Source of the DNA: Rhizophagus irregularis | Taxonomy: Eukaryota | Reading direction: 5' to 3' | Length of the DNA: 64,000 nucleotides | Assembly (NCBI RefSeq): GCF_026210795.1 | Contig: NC_089432.1 | Location: 5,270,001 to 5,334,000 of the forward strand | Shown: in pieces, positions 1 through 12,716 of the stretch | How positions within the stretch are numbered: position 1 is the stretch's first letter | How the letters are laid out: the number at the start of each line of letters is the position of its first letter | Notes under the pieces: generated by a model | The model's input: the letters and a program-made list of their open reading frames with translations, nothing else | What the model was told of the DNA's origin: nothing | Database searches by the model: none | Translations under genes and position numbers: made by a program

Positions 1-3000
1 ATTATAAATACATTTTCTAATATCAATACGGATGTTAAGTCTTGCTTACAAGAACTTGCAAGTTGTCAAGTAGATAAATTGTCGATTTTCAAAACTGAAG
101 CTCAACTTTCAAATCGGGTAAGTTAAAGCAATGATTTAATAAGTTAATACATGCTTTCTTAGGTAACTTATTATAACTCCATATTTATAGGTAAAACACT
201 TCTGGTCAGAATCAACCGATCAAATGTTAATTCTTCAATGTGATTTAACTACCGTTAATACTGGATGTATTAAACTAGCCAAATTCATTATTGAACAATT
301 TCGAAATGAATATATATCAAAGAGAGATCAAATGGAACGGGAAATGCCTACGAAACATGCATGTATCATTCTTCATATTCATCGAGATCAAGAATCCACT
401 TTTACATCTTTTAATTTCATGTGCGGTTGGAAACAAATGACTATTGAAACATTATCAGGAAGTGACGTTCCTACATCAGGTCTCCTAGATGAATCGTTAA
501 CTCGTATTGTTAATTCAACTTATCCATTCGAAAAAATTTTACAACAAGAACTCTTATGGTGTTTATCGTGTATGAAATATCCATCGAACGACGAGTCAAT
601 CAATTATATAAAGTAAGCGATATTATTTATTTGTATGATATTTAATAATTATATTTATTAAGAATTTTTTTGCATTAAATTATTTTTTAGGACATTAAAC
701 GAAAAAATTCTAAAACATCCAAATTTTATTGAATGTTTGAAAAAAAGAGTCCTTGTATGGGTTGAAGAGAATTCTACAAGTGACTGGCAATATAAGATAG
801 CATCAAATAAACAAAATTTATATCCATACCCTTCATTTTCTGCAGCATTACAAGCTCACGTTAGAACACTTTTTAGAGAACCGATAGCGCGGATTTTATA
901 CGCTTTAGAAAGATTATCGGCGATAAAAACATTTTTCTATGTTTCTGATCAAACAAAGTCAAAAAAAGGAAACTATGAGAAATTACTTAAATTTTGGGAA
1001 CAAATTTTTATGGATAACAAAATTGTCAAAATTGATGATATACCAAATCCAAAACCTGATGGATATAATATGCCGGCGGAAAGTTTACTCGATCTTGAAT
1101 TTCCTTTTTCATTTTATTATATGAAACAAATTGATAGTTTTAAAAGACATTATGAAGAAGAAATATTGATATTACAAAGGGATGATGACAAAATTGACGA
1201 CGAAACTAATGAACTTTACGATTATGTGATTGAAGATCATTTAAAAGAGTTTAAAAATAATCTTCTTACGTCGATTCCGCAATTAAAAAATTCACCTCTT
1301 GAATGGGAATGGGCTTCCGAATTATATTTTAAAGATTTTGTAACCGTTATTGTGTCAAAAGATGGAGAGACAAAGAATAAAAAAATGTTAACAATAATTT
1401 TAAGATTACTCATCGGTACCGATAAAGTGCGTCAACCAATTTTCCTTCACTCATATTGGTGGAGGAATGCTAACGAAGTTTTAGCTCTATTACAATTAGC
1501 TCAAATGTCTCCCATAATAATTAAAAATATTGAAATTCAAGGAAATGCTATTATTAGAGGAAGTTTGGAAAAATATCTAGTTAAAGAAGTGACAAAACTA
1601 ATGTTACAGCGAATTTGTGGAAATTTTGAAGTCGCAGAAAATGCTCATTTGATCGATAAATGGCAGCATGATGTTACAAAAGTATTATCTCTCGTTAATA
1701 AAATAACTAGAGCAAAGAATTTACCAGATCTTCAATTGTTACGTATTGTAAACGATCTAGTTGCAGCAAAGACCATTCCTTTAGATAGCATTAAAGAAAT
1801 TGTTCAACTTGGATTAAGTTTAGACGAGCAAGAAGTTCTTTCCGAAGAATTTATCAACACCGTATTTGATAAGCTGGATAAACTAGAACAAAATGAGAAA
1901 AATATAATTCCAAAAAGAACATTTATCATGAGATGCCTTGCATTGATTCCTATCAAATCAGATACTCTACTAAGTTTTTATAAAAAATTATTCTCGAATG
2001 AACCTTTTCCATTAATGGGTGCAATCATTGAAAGGATATTTATTAAAGAAGACGTAGAAAATGAGGGCATTTTCTTTACGATACTTACAGATTTCGAAGA
2101 AGCTGTAAGACAATCTGCTCGGTTAAATCTTATTAATAAATGTTTAGGAGATTTGGATACAAACATGGCTACTTTATGTTGTGATACCATTGAACAAAGC
2201 TTCTTCATGAATGAGAAATTGGAAAATTTCGCGGCTTTTTTTGGACCGGCTCTTGAAGCTTTATATAAACAAGGAAGACCACCGTTACAAAAAATAGTTT
2301 CTATTGCATTCCTTAAAGAATTCGTTCGTCGATTCTGGGATAGTTTTCTTCCGAAAGATAAAAATAATCCCCTTGTATTTGACAGAGCAGATGAAAACAA
2401 TTTTAATAATGAAATAATTAATCAAATCAATAATATTTTGACTTTTTCTCATCCTTTGATTCATTCACTTAAAATTTATTTTTTAAGAGATTTATGTCGG
2501 AGAGGTTTTTCAATTGATGACATTAAAAGATTTTGTGAAGCTCAAAAAAATTTTTTACCGTGGCTTAGGACTTTCAACTGGGAAGATATTAATGAAAATC
2601 GGTTATCTTTTAATCCATATTGTAATATGCCCGAATATAATGAAACAGAAAACAGCTTTATGGCCTTCTATAGTGTAGGAAATAAGGCACCTTTCCAAAC
2701 ATATATCCAAGGAGTAAAGCAGAATATGACTATAACAGCAAAATTATCTTTCATGGGACTCTTATTTGTACGTCTTCATGCTTTAAGAGCTTCAAGAGAA
2801 TGGCGACATTCAGAAGTGCAATCGGCTGATTTCTTGACTAAAGAACTTACCGGAATAAACTTATCGAATTCATTTAAAACAATTGCAACAAATATCTTAT
2901 CGAATAAGCAACCTTTACTTCAAATTGTCAATCCAGAGATTAATAATACCGATTTGTTTATAAAATCTGTTATCTCACATATTTTCGCATTCCATGCATT

Positions 3001-5670
3001 GGTTGAACCGAATTCATCTCAACTTGCAATGTATCTACACAATCTACAAAATTGTCAGAATATGTTTATTTTAACGTGTATGTCCGACGTGGTATCAATG
3101 GTGTTAAATGCAATTCCTGAAGTCAAGACGAGATATGCCTGCAAATGCGGATGTATATATATAGTTGGAGAATGTGGCAATGTTGTTCAAACTGGTAAAT
3201 GTCCAAATTGTGGAAGTACAATTGGTGGAGCGAATTATAATAAACCAGAAGCTGGGAATACTAGACTTGATGCTGGTCCGGTTCACCAAATAGCAGTAAA
3301 TGATCAATCAGGGTATATTGGAGAAACAGTTAATCAAGATCTGTATCATTCCGTCAGATCTCTTCCTCCTACATCGTATCGTATGCTACATTTAATTATT
3401 CATGTTCTTATTGGAGCGTCTGCACCTCAACCTGCCCTTGCCTTTCTTCAAAAAAATAATAAAGTCGCTTTAGATTCTGAAAAATATTGTATGGATCATA
3501 TTCAAAATGACTGGGACATTCTCAAGAAACTTCTTAATTGTTCAGATGCGGTATGTTTAAAATTTTTTTTTTTTTCTGTTGTTATACCTGTCCAATTAGT
3601 AAAATGAATAAAATTATTAACCAAAAAAATATCTATGATTTAACTAGAATTTGGCGTTAGCGTTCCATTCACTAATTTCTTTAATGATGGAAAAACCTTT
3701 GCCGAATCAGCAAATAAATACATCTGCTGAACGCACGAATTGGGAAACAATGTTCCATAATAATTATATTGCACCACTAACTAAAAATATAAACGAGACA
3801 GCAACCAATTATCGTATGAAATTAGACGAAGCTCTAACTAAAAATAAAAAAGGTAACTTAATTGAATGTGAAATTAATCAGACTTTGGTTATGGATAAAC
3901 AATATCGAAGTGAGAATTTACCAAATTTATGGAGAACGATTGGAATAATTAATTTCGATAGTTTTCGTGCTTATTATATGAGTGATTTGACAAGGAGAAA
4001 CGACGACCATCCATTTCTCTCTGTATTTTTCAAACATTCTAAACAAATAGAATTACTCAAACATCTTTTACCTATCGTAAAATTTGTTCAAATTTTGAAT
4101 GCCAAACTTGGATATCAATTAACAAGGCAAACGGCAAAAGATATGAATTTCAGACAATTTATAGAAAAGGAATCCAATGATGGTAGAAATGAAGAAATTT
4201 TCAATAATTTGAATACCGCTTTTAATGATTTTAAACTTGGTTGGAATACAGTAATACCTTTCGTAAATCGATATCAATGTCATGAACTTCCCAATGAAAA
4301 ACCAGTCATGGGTTATAGTCTTCCAGTTATTTTTGGTTTAGTGGAACCGAAAGATGCAGGAATTTTCTTATGCGCTATTTTAGATTATTTGGTTGACTTG
4401 CAAAACCAGTTCTTACAAGAAGTTATAGTAATTCCACCTGGAACTTGTAAATCTCTCAAGTTTTTAGATGAAATCACATTTGATATCGAACTAGCAATTT
4501 CGAAAACAGAACCAGTTATACCCAATGGATATTGCTTTCAATCTCTACGTCTTGATCATGTTCGTTCTGGAAATATTATAAATTTTGTTTGGGATGATGA
4601 GATTCTTGCATATAGTCAAAGAAATTTAGCAATTGCAAGAGGAGAAGATATTGTGTATGATTTGACAAAAATTGAAGCGGAATTGGCAAATATTCTAGTT
4701 TTCGAGAAAGTTTATATAGAAACTCTACCAGATTCCCAATTATATCTTGAAACTTTCCCGTATCACATGGAGCTATTTCAAGGATGTATGAGAAGAATTC
4801 TTAGTGATATTAAGAATCAAATAACCCAAGAGCCAATCCCGATCGAAAAAATGAATCCATTAGGTTTTTCTATAAATTCCCGTTTAGAATACGCTTCAAA
4901 ATCGACTATAGATAACTCGTCAGAAATTTTGTCATCATTGGAAATACTTCTATGTTTCGTCAAGCGTACAGCAGTTGGAGATGGAGACAGACCCATTAAG
5001 GATTTTGTCTTACAATGGATGAAACTATCATCATTGTATGAACATAGAGAATTCTCTAAAATTTTAGATATTGATTTAAGACTTAAACACTTGGTGTCCT
5101 TATATGAGCTCGTCGAAGAACAAGTTGCCGATGTTAAAATTAAATATATTCACGAAAAATATCAGGAAAAACTTTCAACGGATATGGAGGCGGCAATAAT
5201 GGAATCTTTAGGTTTTAAGCAGCAAACTACAACGAAAAAAGTTATACCAGCAGAGGCATTCGCTTTAGCTTTAAAACGATTCATGCTACGATTCTTAACT
5301 TTAGAAAGTCAAAAGGAAACGGATTCATTAAGCATTTATTTACAAGATGGTTCATTAAATTTTTGGCCTTCAACAGTTCCAGAGGAACTTATTGATGAAT
5401 TGTTTCCAGAAAATTTATTTGTAGCTAATACATATGATGCTTATAAATTCACAGTGAAAAAGATTGAGGTAAGAAAATTTATAATATATATTTTTATATA
5501 TTTAAATAATATTAATCTAAAAAAAAATTTCTAATTACTTAAATGAAAAAACATGTATATGTCGCTAAAAATAGAATCAATGATTTAACAAATCTAAATC
5601 AAACGGAACCTACCGCCAGTAGAATGCTTCAAGAAAATCAAGAAAGGGCCGACAAAAATTTGATATGTAG
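1..5670 (+). CDS. RNF213: RNF213/mysterin-like giant AAA+/E3 ligase, copy A (3' part; 5' end upstream of window; multi-exon; last exon appears damaged)
   Basis: ORFs 224-616, 737-3607 and 3651-5534 are near-identical to exons of copies B and C and are separated by GT-AG introns. RZ-finger-like motif YACKCGCIYIVGECG..CPNCGSTIGG at about 3131-3241. Terminal-exon homolog at about 5543-5670. Confidence 0.85.
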
Positions 5671-6085
5671 AAACTCTTTTTCTTGTTATTCGATTTTTTA
5701 AATTTATAGTATATATTAGTGTTGCGTGCCGTAATAGTTATGAAAGAGTTGGAAGGTTGTGACAACGTTTTGCCGTAATTTTCCAACCAGTTGTAATTGT
5801 AATTGGTGCAAGATTTAATCCTAGTTTTATTTATTAATATTGATTTAGATATTTTAATAATTTTTTTGTATCACACGAACATTTTTAATAAAAATTCTTA
5901 GGTAAAAGTATTAAATATTAAAATTATAGTTTACTATTTACCATTTAATACTGAAAAATTTATTCATAAATAATTATATACAAATGTGTATATCTAGATT
6001 CATCACCATATTCCTCTCTTTCATTATTATTAAAATGAGCATTAGGGTGAAAAATTGGAGATGGGAAATCAAAAATATTCAACTC

Positions 6086-6492
6086 GTCGGTGCTCGGGCG
6101 TCCTTATCTTACGGGGGGGGTACAATCTTAACGTACTCCTGGCGGCCCGAGCTTAGAAGCACGTGCGTTAATTCCGGCCAGTTCCGTACGTTAACATCGT
6201 ACGCCCCAGTGTACGTTAAGGAACCCCGGGTCTTTTTCCGTTAAATCACGTGACTTATTTAATTCTGGTCAGAATTAAATGATCGGCATATAAAATATCC
6301 TTTTTTGGAATAAAGCGAGATTTAAACATCACAGGTCTAAATTTACCCAAAAAATCAAATCATATCGGCTGATTAGAAAAGCCTCCCATAATTTTATACG
6401 CTAATGACAATAAGTAACCCATCAGTTATATAATGAACCCATCAATTGAGCTTAAATATTAATTGGCTTGATTTTTCCAATCAGCCGATATG
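6086..6492. repeat. GC-rich cluster of inverted repeats/palindromes (probable transposon end or relic)
   Basis: gctcgggc (6092-6099) pairs with gcccgagc (6145-6152) around an inner ggggtac/gtactcc hairpin. atttaattctg-gt-cagaattaaat palindrome at 6257-6280. catatcggctgatt (6361-6374) pairs with aatcagccgatatg (6479-6492). Confidence 0.5.
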
Positions 6493-8299
6493 TAACAAAA
6501 AAAAAAGTTATAACGAGAAAAAGTTCTTATATAAAAAAAAATTACGTAAAAAAAATGGGTTAGTCTATAAAAAAAAATACAACCGACCCGAGTCACCCGA
6601 CCTTCTCAGGATCGATAATCTAACCAAAAAGGATATGTATAATTCTCTAATTATATAATTAATAACAAATCTAATTTCGGTAATAATAGCGATGATCTGC
6701 AATTCGGAATTCATACCTGAACTTACTTTAATAATTTAGAAAATAAAGAGCGAAAAAAATCTTACGCTAACATGGAATAGATTAGGCACAAGCGGAAAAT
6801 ACATTACACAATTCAAAACTATTTATACATGCTAAACTAAACGTTACGGTTACACGTTGTATTTTTTTAGTTATATAGATTTTGCTTTGGGTTTTTTTCA
6901 TATATCATATGATTTTTATTATATAATTCCCTTCTCTAGTATTATGTAGTTTCTCACAATTGTGCGATTTTTGCCATTAATTAACCTGACGATTGGTAAT
7001 TAAATTAATAAAAATATGTACAATAGAGTAATGAATGGAATCACAAAATTATTTTTTACCAACAATTGTTTACTAGTAAAAGAATCTTTTTGTTCTAACT
7101 ATAAGAAATAGCAATTGAGAGTATGAAGCTTTCATCTATAATGTTGTTTCAATCAATAACAAATTTTTTTAAATAATATGCTTGTTCAGTCAAAATAAAT
7201 TTATTTTTATATTCCTTCAATCAAACTCTGTAGTCTTTAAGGAATAATCGTTAATTAGATTACTAAAAATATATTTATGAATTAACCGTTTACTTGAGGA
7301 GTATTCGAATTGGTATTTAGTCTTTTTTCGTGTTTCTTTTCTTTTCAGGATTGTTGAGAAAATATTGTATTGTACAACTGAAGAAATATAATCCCAAGTT
7401 ACCATTTATTTTATTTTATTTCATTTTTTTTTTACATTTTTCTTTTATTTAGTCAAATATGGCTGGAAAAAACAAAAATAAAATTAATCTAGTATTTATT
7501 AAAAAGACGAATACGTTATCGTTTCCCTATAAAAAAAGTTGTCCAAACACTGTTCAGTTTTTTGTTCGGAAAATTAACTCCGTTTACTTGACATTTATTG
7601 GACATTTATCATGATATTGTACGTTTTTTATGTAGTCGAAATTTCTCAATCTCTGCATCTTGTATTAAATTGTAACAAATATTGTATAATAACGTGCATG
7701 TGTTCGGAAAATTGAATATTTATAAGACAAACATTTTTATAGGGATATGTATTAGTTTTTCGTTCGTAATGTATTTACCGTATGTTACAATAAACTCCCG
7801 AATTTATCCGGAAGCAACTACTGCGCCAACGTTGCACTATACTATTAATTCTAAATTTTATATACTCTCATCAAATAATTCGATAGATTTTTTTGTACCG
7901 AAATGTTGATCATATCCTGGAATGCATTAGATCATTGACAATCATTTGTTAAAATGGAAAATTTGTGAAAATTTGTGCATTTTTATGGATTAGATTTTTG
8001 CATTAAGTCCAAATTTGGTCTCAACTAATTGATTGAAAAGGAAATAACTTCCCATTTTTGTTTTACCTTTTCTCTTTTCGTAAAAAAAGACTCTTTTTTT
8101 TGTCAAAAAAAAATTTTATAAAAATAAAAATGGAAAGACACTTTCCATTTTTGATTTATCTTCTCTTTTTCATAAAAACATTTTTTTTTGTTAAAAAAAA
8201 TCCAAAAAAAAAATTTACAAAAATAATATAATTAATATAAATTAATTTGAATTGGGTTTTTTATAGTTAAGACCCGATTGATTGGCAAGTCATGTTGTA

Positions 8300-9260
8300 C
8301 ATCATCTAACTAATCGGAATTTTTTTTTTTTTGGTTTTTTTCTTTTTTTTAAAAATTTTTCATTTTTTTTCCTCTTTCTTTTTTTTTCATTTTTTCTCCA
8401 TTTAGATTTGGTTTTTTTTCCAAAACTGATAATTATTATTATTTTTTTTTTATTTTTTGATCTTTTTTTTTAGACCGATTTCTTTCTTTTATTTTTCCCC
8501 AATTTTTTTTCTTTTTCTTTTCAAGTTTTTTTTATTTTTTCTTTCCTTTTCCTTTTCGGTTCTCTATTTTTCTTTTGTCCCTCCTCGCAAATTTTTTTTT
8601 TAGTTTTTTTCGAACCTTTTCTTTTTTCAGGTTGGCTTTGGCTTTTTTTCCAATCTGAAAAAATTTTTTCATCTCTTCTTTTTTCGGGTTGGCTTTTTTT
8701 TAAACCGAATTTTTCACCATTAGGTTTGGATCGGGTGATCAGATCGGTGCCGCAGGCAACGGTAGCACCTTTTTTTGTTTCTTTTTTTCTTATTGTAAAT
8801 TTAGGATTTTTTTTTTACTAATACTTTTTACCCTTAATTTTTTTTTTTTTAACACAGACTTTATTAGTATTGAACCAATTACATTGTAATCAAACCCATA
8901 TTCACCATATATACATATAGTTTGTCAACAAAGTATCTATTTTCTATTAAATTTATACTAAATAAGATCTAGCTAATATGAAACTTGTAATTACTAAAAT
9001 TATTTTATATAAATTTCATTTCCAGTCCTATTCCGAACTTTAAAAAAATAATTTTTTCAACCCATTTTTTTTTTATTTGTTTTTTTTTCAATCCATTTTT
9101 TTTACCAATTTTCAGTTTTTTTTTAAACTGATTTTTTAAATTTTTTCATTTTTTCTTTTAAAAAACAAAATTTTTCAGGTTTTCTGACTTACCCTTTCCT
9201 TTTTGGGGTTGTTTTTTCTAAAACCAAAATTATTTTTCAAATATTTTTAATTTTCCTTTA
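8300..9260. repeat. T-rich low-complexity tract
   Basis: Long poly-T runs interrupted by single bases; no credible ORF. Confidence 0.7.
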
Positions 9261-9365
9261 TAACATATCAGAATTATCATCCAACACTTCATTATAACTA
9301 AATATTGTTATTACAAATTTCTTGCAGGACATCTATAAATTAAAAAGGATGATTAGCTTTCGCTA

Positions 9366-9940
9366 AGTACTCTATTTAAGAATTTCATCCCGCCATCTGG
9401 TAGTGACGTGAGGCAGTATCCTTCTAAAGTATCAAGTAACATAACGAAGCAGTTCGGATCTTCTTCCTATATATTAGTGTCGATATTTTCACCGTCCGTT
9501 CCTGAAAACTGCACAATAAAAGGTATAGCTACAAGTATCTGTTTGAAAGAACTTACAAAAACACAGCTTTAGGTTATTGTATCCTTTCACTGACATCTCT
9601 CCTGGACACACAAAAGATTTGTTATCATCCAGAAATTCTGAAAACAGAGAAGGACGTTCACAGTAAAACTGTGGCCACGAAGCGCTTCCAGTTCTCTGAA
9701 TCCAAAAGTCCTCAATGAGAACAAATCAATTGCATGAGTCAAAGTTGAGGAAGAAACATAACTATTCCTCATTGCGGAATAGTAGACCTCAACACTGAGA
9801 AGATCTTATTCGTATCTCAGCCAGGTCCGTCAGTTAACAGAGTTATCATAGTTAAACCTGCCAGCTCACAAGGTTGCCATAACTTCCTTGATCATTGCAT
9901 CCACTTGTTCACCTTCACCAGATAGCTTTACAAAAACAGT
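9366..9940 (-). pseudogene. Degenerate coding relic of unknown family
   Basis: Higher-GC island. The minus strand reads as protein-like sequence (KLSGEGEQVDAMIKEVMATL*AGRFNYDNSVN*RTWLRYE*DLLSVEVYYSAMRNS..., then a frameshift into CERPSLFSEFLDDNKSFVCPG...) broken by TGA/TAA stops. Confidence 0.3.
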
Positions 9941-9959
9941 TCAACATACCTTTGGCCAA

Positions 9960-10750
9960 AAGAAGACCTAATAAAGAGAAGAGAGAAGATAGACCTAAAA
10001 AAAAAGATGAAAAATCTAAAGCAAAAAAAAAGATGACAAAACAAAAGAAAAAAGATAATGAAGTGAAAAAAAGACGATGAAACAAAAAAAAGGATGACGA
10101 AATGAAAGAAAAAAGATAATGAAGCAAAAAAAAGATGACAAAATGAAAAAAAAGATGACAAAATGAAAAAAAGAGATGACAAAATGAAAAAAAGGATGAC
10201 AAATGAAAAAAAATGATGACAAAATGGAAAAAAAGGATGACAAAACGAAAAAAGGATGACGATATGAAAAAAAGGACGACGAAACGAAAAAAAAGGAAAA
10301 AAAAGAACAACGAAACAAAAAAAAAGGACAACAAAAATGAAAAAAAAGGACAACAAAATGAAAAAAAGGACAAAAAAATGAAAAAAGGACAACAAAACGA
10401 AAAAAAAGGACAACGAAATGAAAAAAAGGACAACGAAACGAAAAAAAAGGACAACGAAATGAAAAAGAAGGACAACAAAATGAAAAAAAGGGGTCTAAAA
10501 GAAGACCTAATAAGAGAAAACCTAGACAGAGAAAAGATAGTCCTAAAAAAAAGATGAAAAAAAAATATGATAAAACCACACAAAAACCCAACCCATACTC
10601 TCTAAAGGAAGACGTAAAGAAAAGGGCCTAAGAGATAGAAGACCTAATAAAGAAAAGCCTAGGCAGAGAGTTGAAAAAAAAGACGACAAAAGTGTATATT
10701 GTGTATATATAATATTGTTAGCTGACGAAAAAAGATGATGAAAAAAAAAA
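9960..10750. repeat. A-rich degenerate minisatellite (about 19-21 bp unit, aaaaaaaggaY(g/a)acRaaaYg)
   Basis: Many tandem units such as aaaaaaagatgacaaaatg and aaaaaaaggacaacgaaacg. The gaagacctaata motif recurs at about 9962, 10501 and 10638. Confidence 0.85.
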
Positions 10751-11189
10751 GGATATTGAGGGTATATAAATACTTTTTCGAATACACAGTGACTAATAAT
10801 AAGATAGTTAGGAAGTATAGTATCTTGCATAATACAATTGTTTGACAATACAATTGTTTTGACTATACAGTTATCTGGGTTTGAAAAAAAAACTGGAAAT
10901 AAAAAAAATAATAATAAAAAGCCTCGGCAAACACGATATACTGCGGCTGATCACATCATCCAATTTGTCATCAGTATAACGTGATAATAGTCTCGTATGT
11001 TACACGTTGATTATCAATTGATATCTTCTTGATATTCTCACGGGTGGTGTTTATTTAAAAAGATAGGTAAAAAGTCTATCAATATTGGAATAAAAAGTCT
11101 ATCATCATTAGTCAAATAAGTATATTAAAGGCTTTATGGTATGGATACCGTGAAATGAATCAGTTATTTCACGGAGTCACTGGAATATC

Positions 11190-11552
11190 ATGATTTTCAC
11201 GGATTTAAGAGGAACAACAAAAGAAACAAATGAAAAAAGAGGAACTACTATCATTTATCCCATTAAACTGTTAAAAGATGAAAAAGAAAATTATACTTTT
11301 GTTCATAATCCTGAAACCAGTCATTATCGTACTCGTGGAATTGGAATTGGAATTTCAGGTATATGTAGATTTGTAGAATATTCTGATGATAGTGAAAGTT
11401 CCGATCCAAGAATTTATGTGACTGATAACAAATGTTTTGTTTTAAAGAAATTCGTAAGATTGAATTTTCATGGTATACATAATTTTAATTGTAATGACGG
11501 TTTTCAATTAAGTAGGAAATTTAATTATCCAAATGTATCAGACGTAAATTAG
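11190..11552 (+). CDS. Hypothetical protein or gene fragment (120 aa)
   Basis: ATG-initiated ORF with non-repetitive, protein-like composition; no family recognised. Confidence 0.3.
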   Translation: MIFTDLRGTTKETNEKRGTTIIYPIKLLKDEKENYTFVHNPETSHYRTRGIGIGISGICRFVEYSDDSESSDPRIYVTDNKCFVLKKFVRLNFHGIHNFNCNDGFQLSRKFNYPNVSDVN

Positions 11553-12716
11553 ATTCATTAGGTTCTTCAGAAATATCTGAAAATACTTTCTGGTTGAGCA
11601 ATATAAAAATAATGTACAATTGCTTGAAGGTAATAATCAAATTTTTTTTCAAGAGTTTATCGTCACATTATAATCATTAATTTTTTTTTTTTGATCTTTT
11701 AGTTTACGGTCTAGCAAAAATGAAATTGGAAACTATCACAAAAAGAGTCGAAAATAGTCAAAATAAACTTACAAGAAAATATAATAGAAATATTTTCTCA
11801 ATTAGTAAGAACAAATTATACCTTTGCTTTACATGAGGAATTCAATCTGTCAAGTGAGTAGCAAATTCACGTTTCACGTATTCAATAAATAAAAAATTAT
11901 TATGGTTTACTTTCTTTTAAAGGACACTTTTCTTTTATTAAACAGCTTCTTCAGTACTTTTTGGCACTGATTTTATAAAATTTATTTATTTTATTTATTT
12001 TTTTTTCTAAATTACTTTTAACATAATTGAACACTAACATTCATGATTTTTTTCTTAAGAATTTATCTTTACAGCGCTTATCTACAACTGAATTAGAAGA
12101 AATATGAAAAAAGAATGAACAACTAATATATAATTATTTCTGTTGTTATAGGATTACAATGAGAAAGAAATCTATACCATTACCAATTGATACTTAATAA
12201 ATTTATTTTATACAAGAATAATTTTTTAATTTAGAACATTATTACAAAACAAGATCATTATTAATATATTATTAAACGATATTAAATTTTAAGTGATTTA
12301 TTCATAAATTTTCATCCACAATTTATTTGGTTTTCCATTAACATAAACTCTCTCGACCTATTCTTAACAAACATATCATAAACATCTATTTAATTAAAAA
12401 TAACAAAAAAAATTAAAAACTAAAAAATATCTTTTATAAATTACACCTGATTTGTCTTTACCAGGGTTAGATTATAAGGGATACGATAGAAAATTTGAAT
12501 CTCCAAAAGTGTAAATGATGAGTATTCAATATTTTAAGTACATCTTTCTGAGATGAATTTTTTTAATCCTCAAAAATTAAAATAAGATGAATTAAATTCT
12601 ATCCATATTAAGGATGCCAATGGTCGGTTTCGGTTTACAGCTGTTTTCATAAGACCTGAATCCGATCTGCCGATCTGGTATTTTTAGCCGGGCACGTGAT
12701 CCTGATTTGATAGTTT

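Noticed and set aside
1978..2400. Antisense ORFs recurring in each copy (also 38978-39376, 60673-60903, 32237-32440, 53942-54145)
   Set aside because: Shadows of the conserved sense-strand exons; their recurrence is explained by the gene duplication.
5984..6244. 86-aa ORF, or a tRNA/hammerhead ribozyme, in the GC-rich island
   Set aside because: No recognisable protein motif, no cloverleaf and no CUGAUGA/GAAA core seen.
8282..8473. Phe-rich putative membrane peptide
   Set aside because: Poly-T low-complexity artefact.
9895..10853. Several overlapping Phe-rich (minus) and Lys-rich (plus) ORFs
   Set aside because: Artefacts of the A-rich minisatellite, which is open in many frames.
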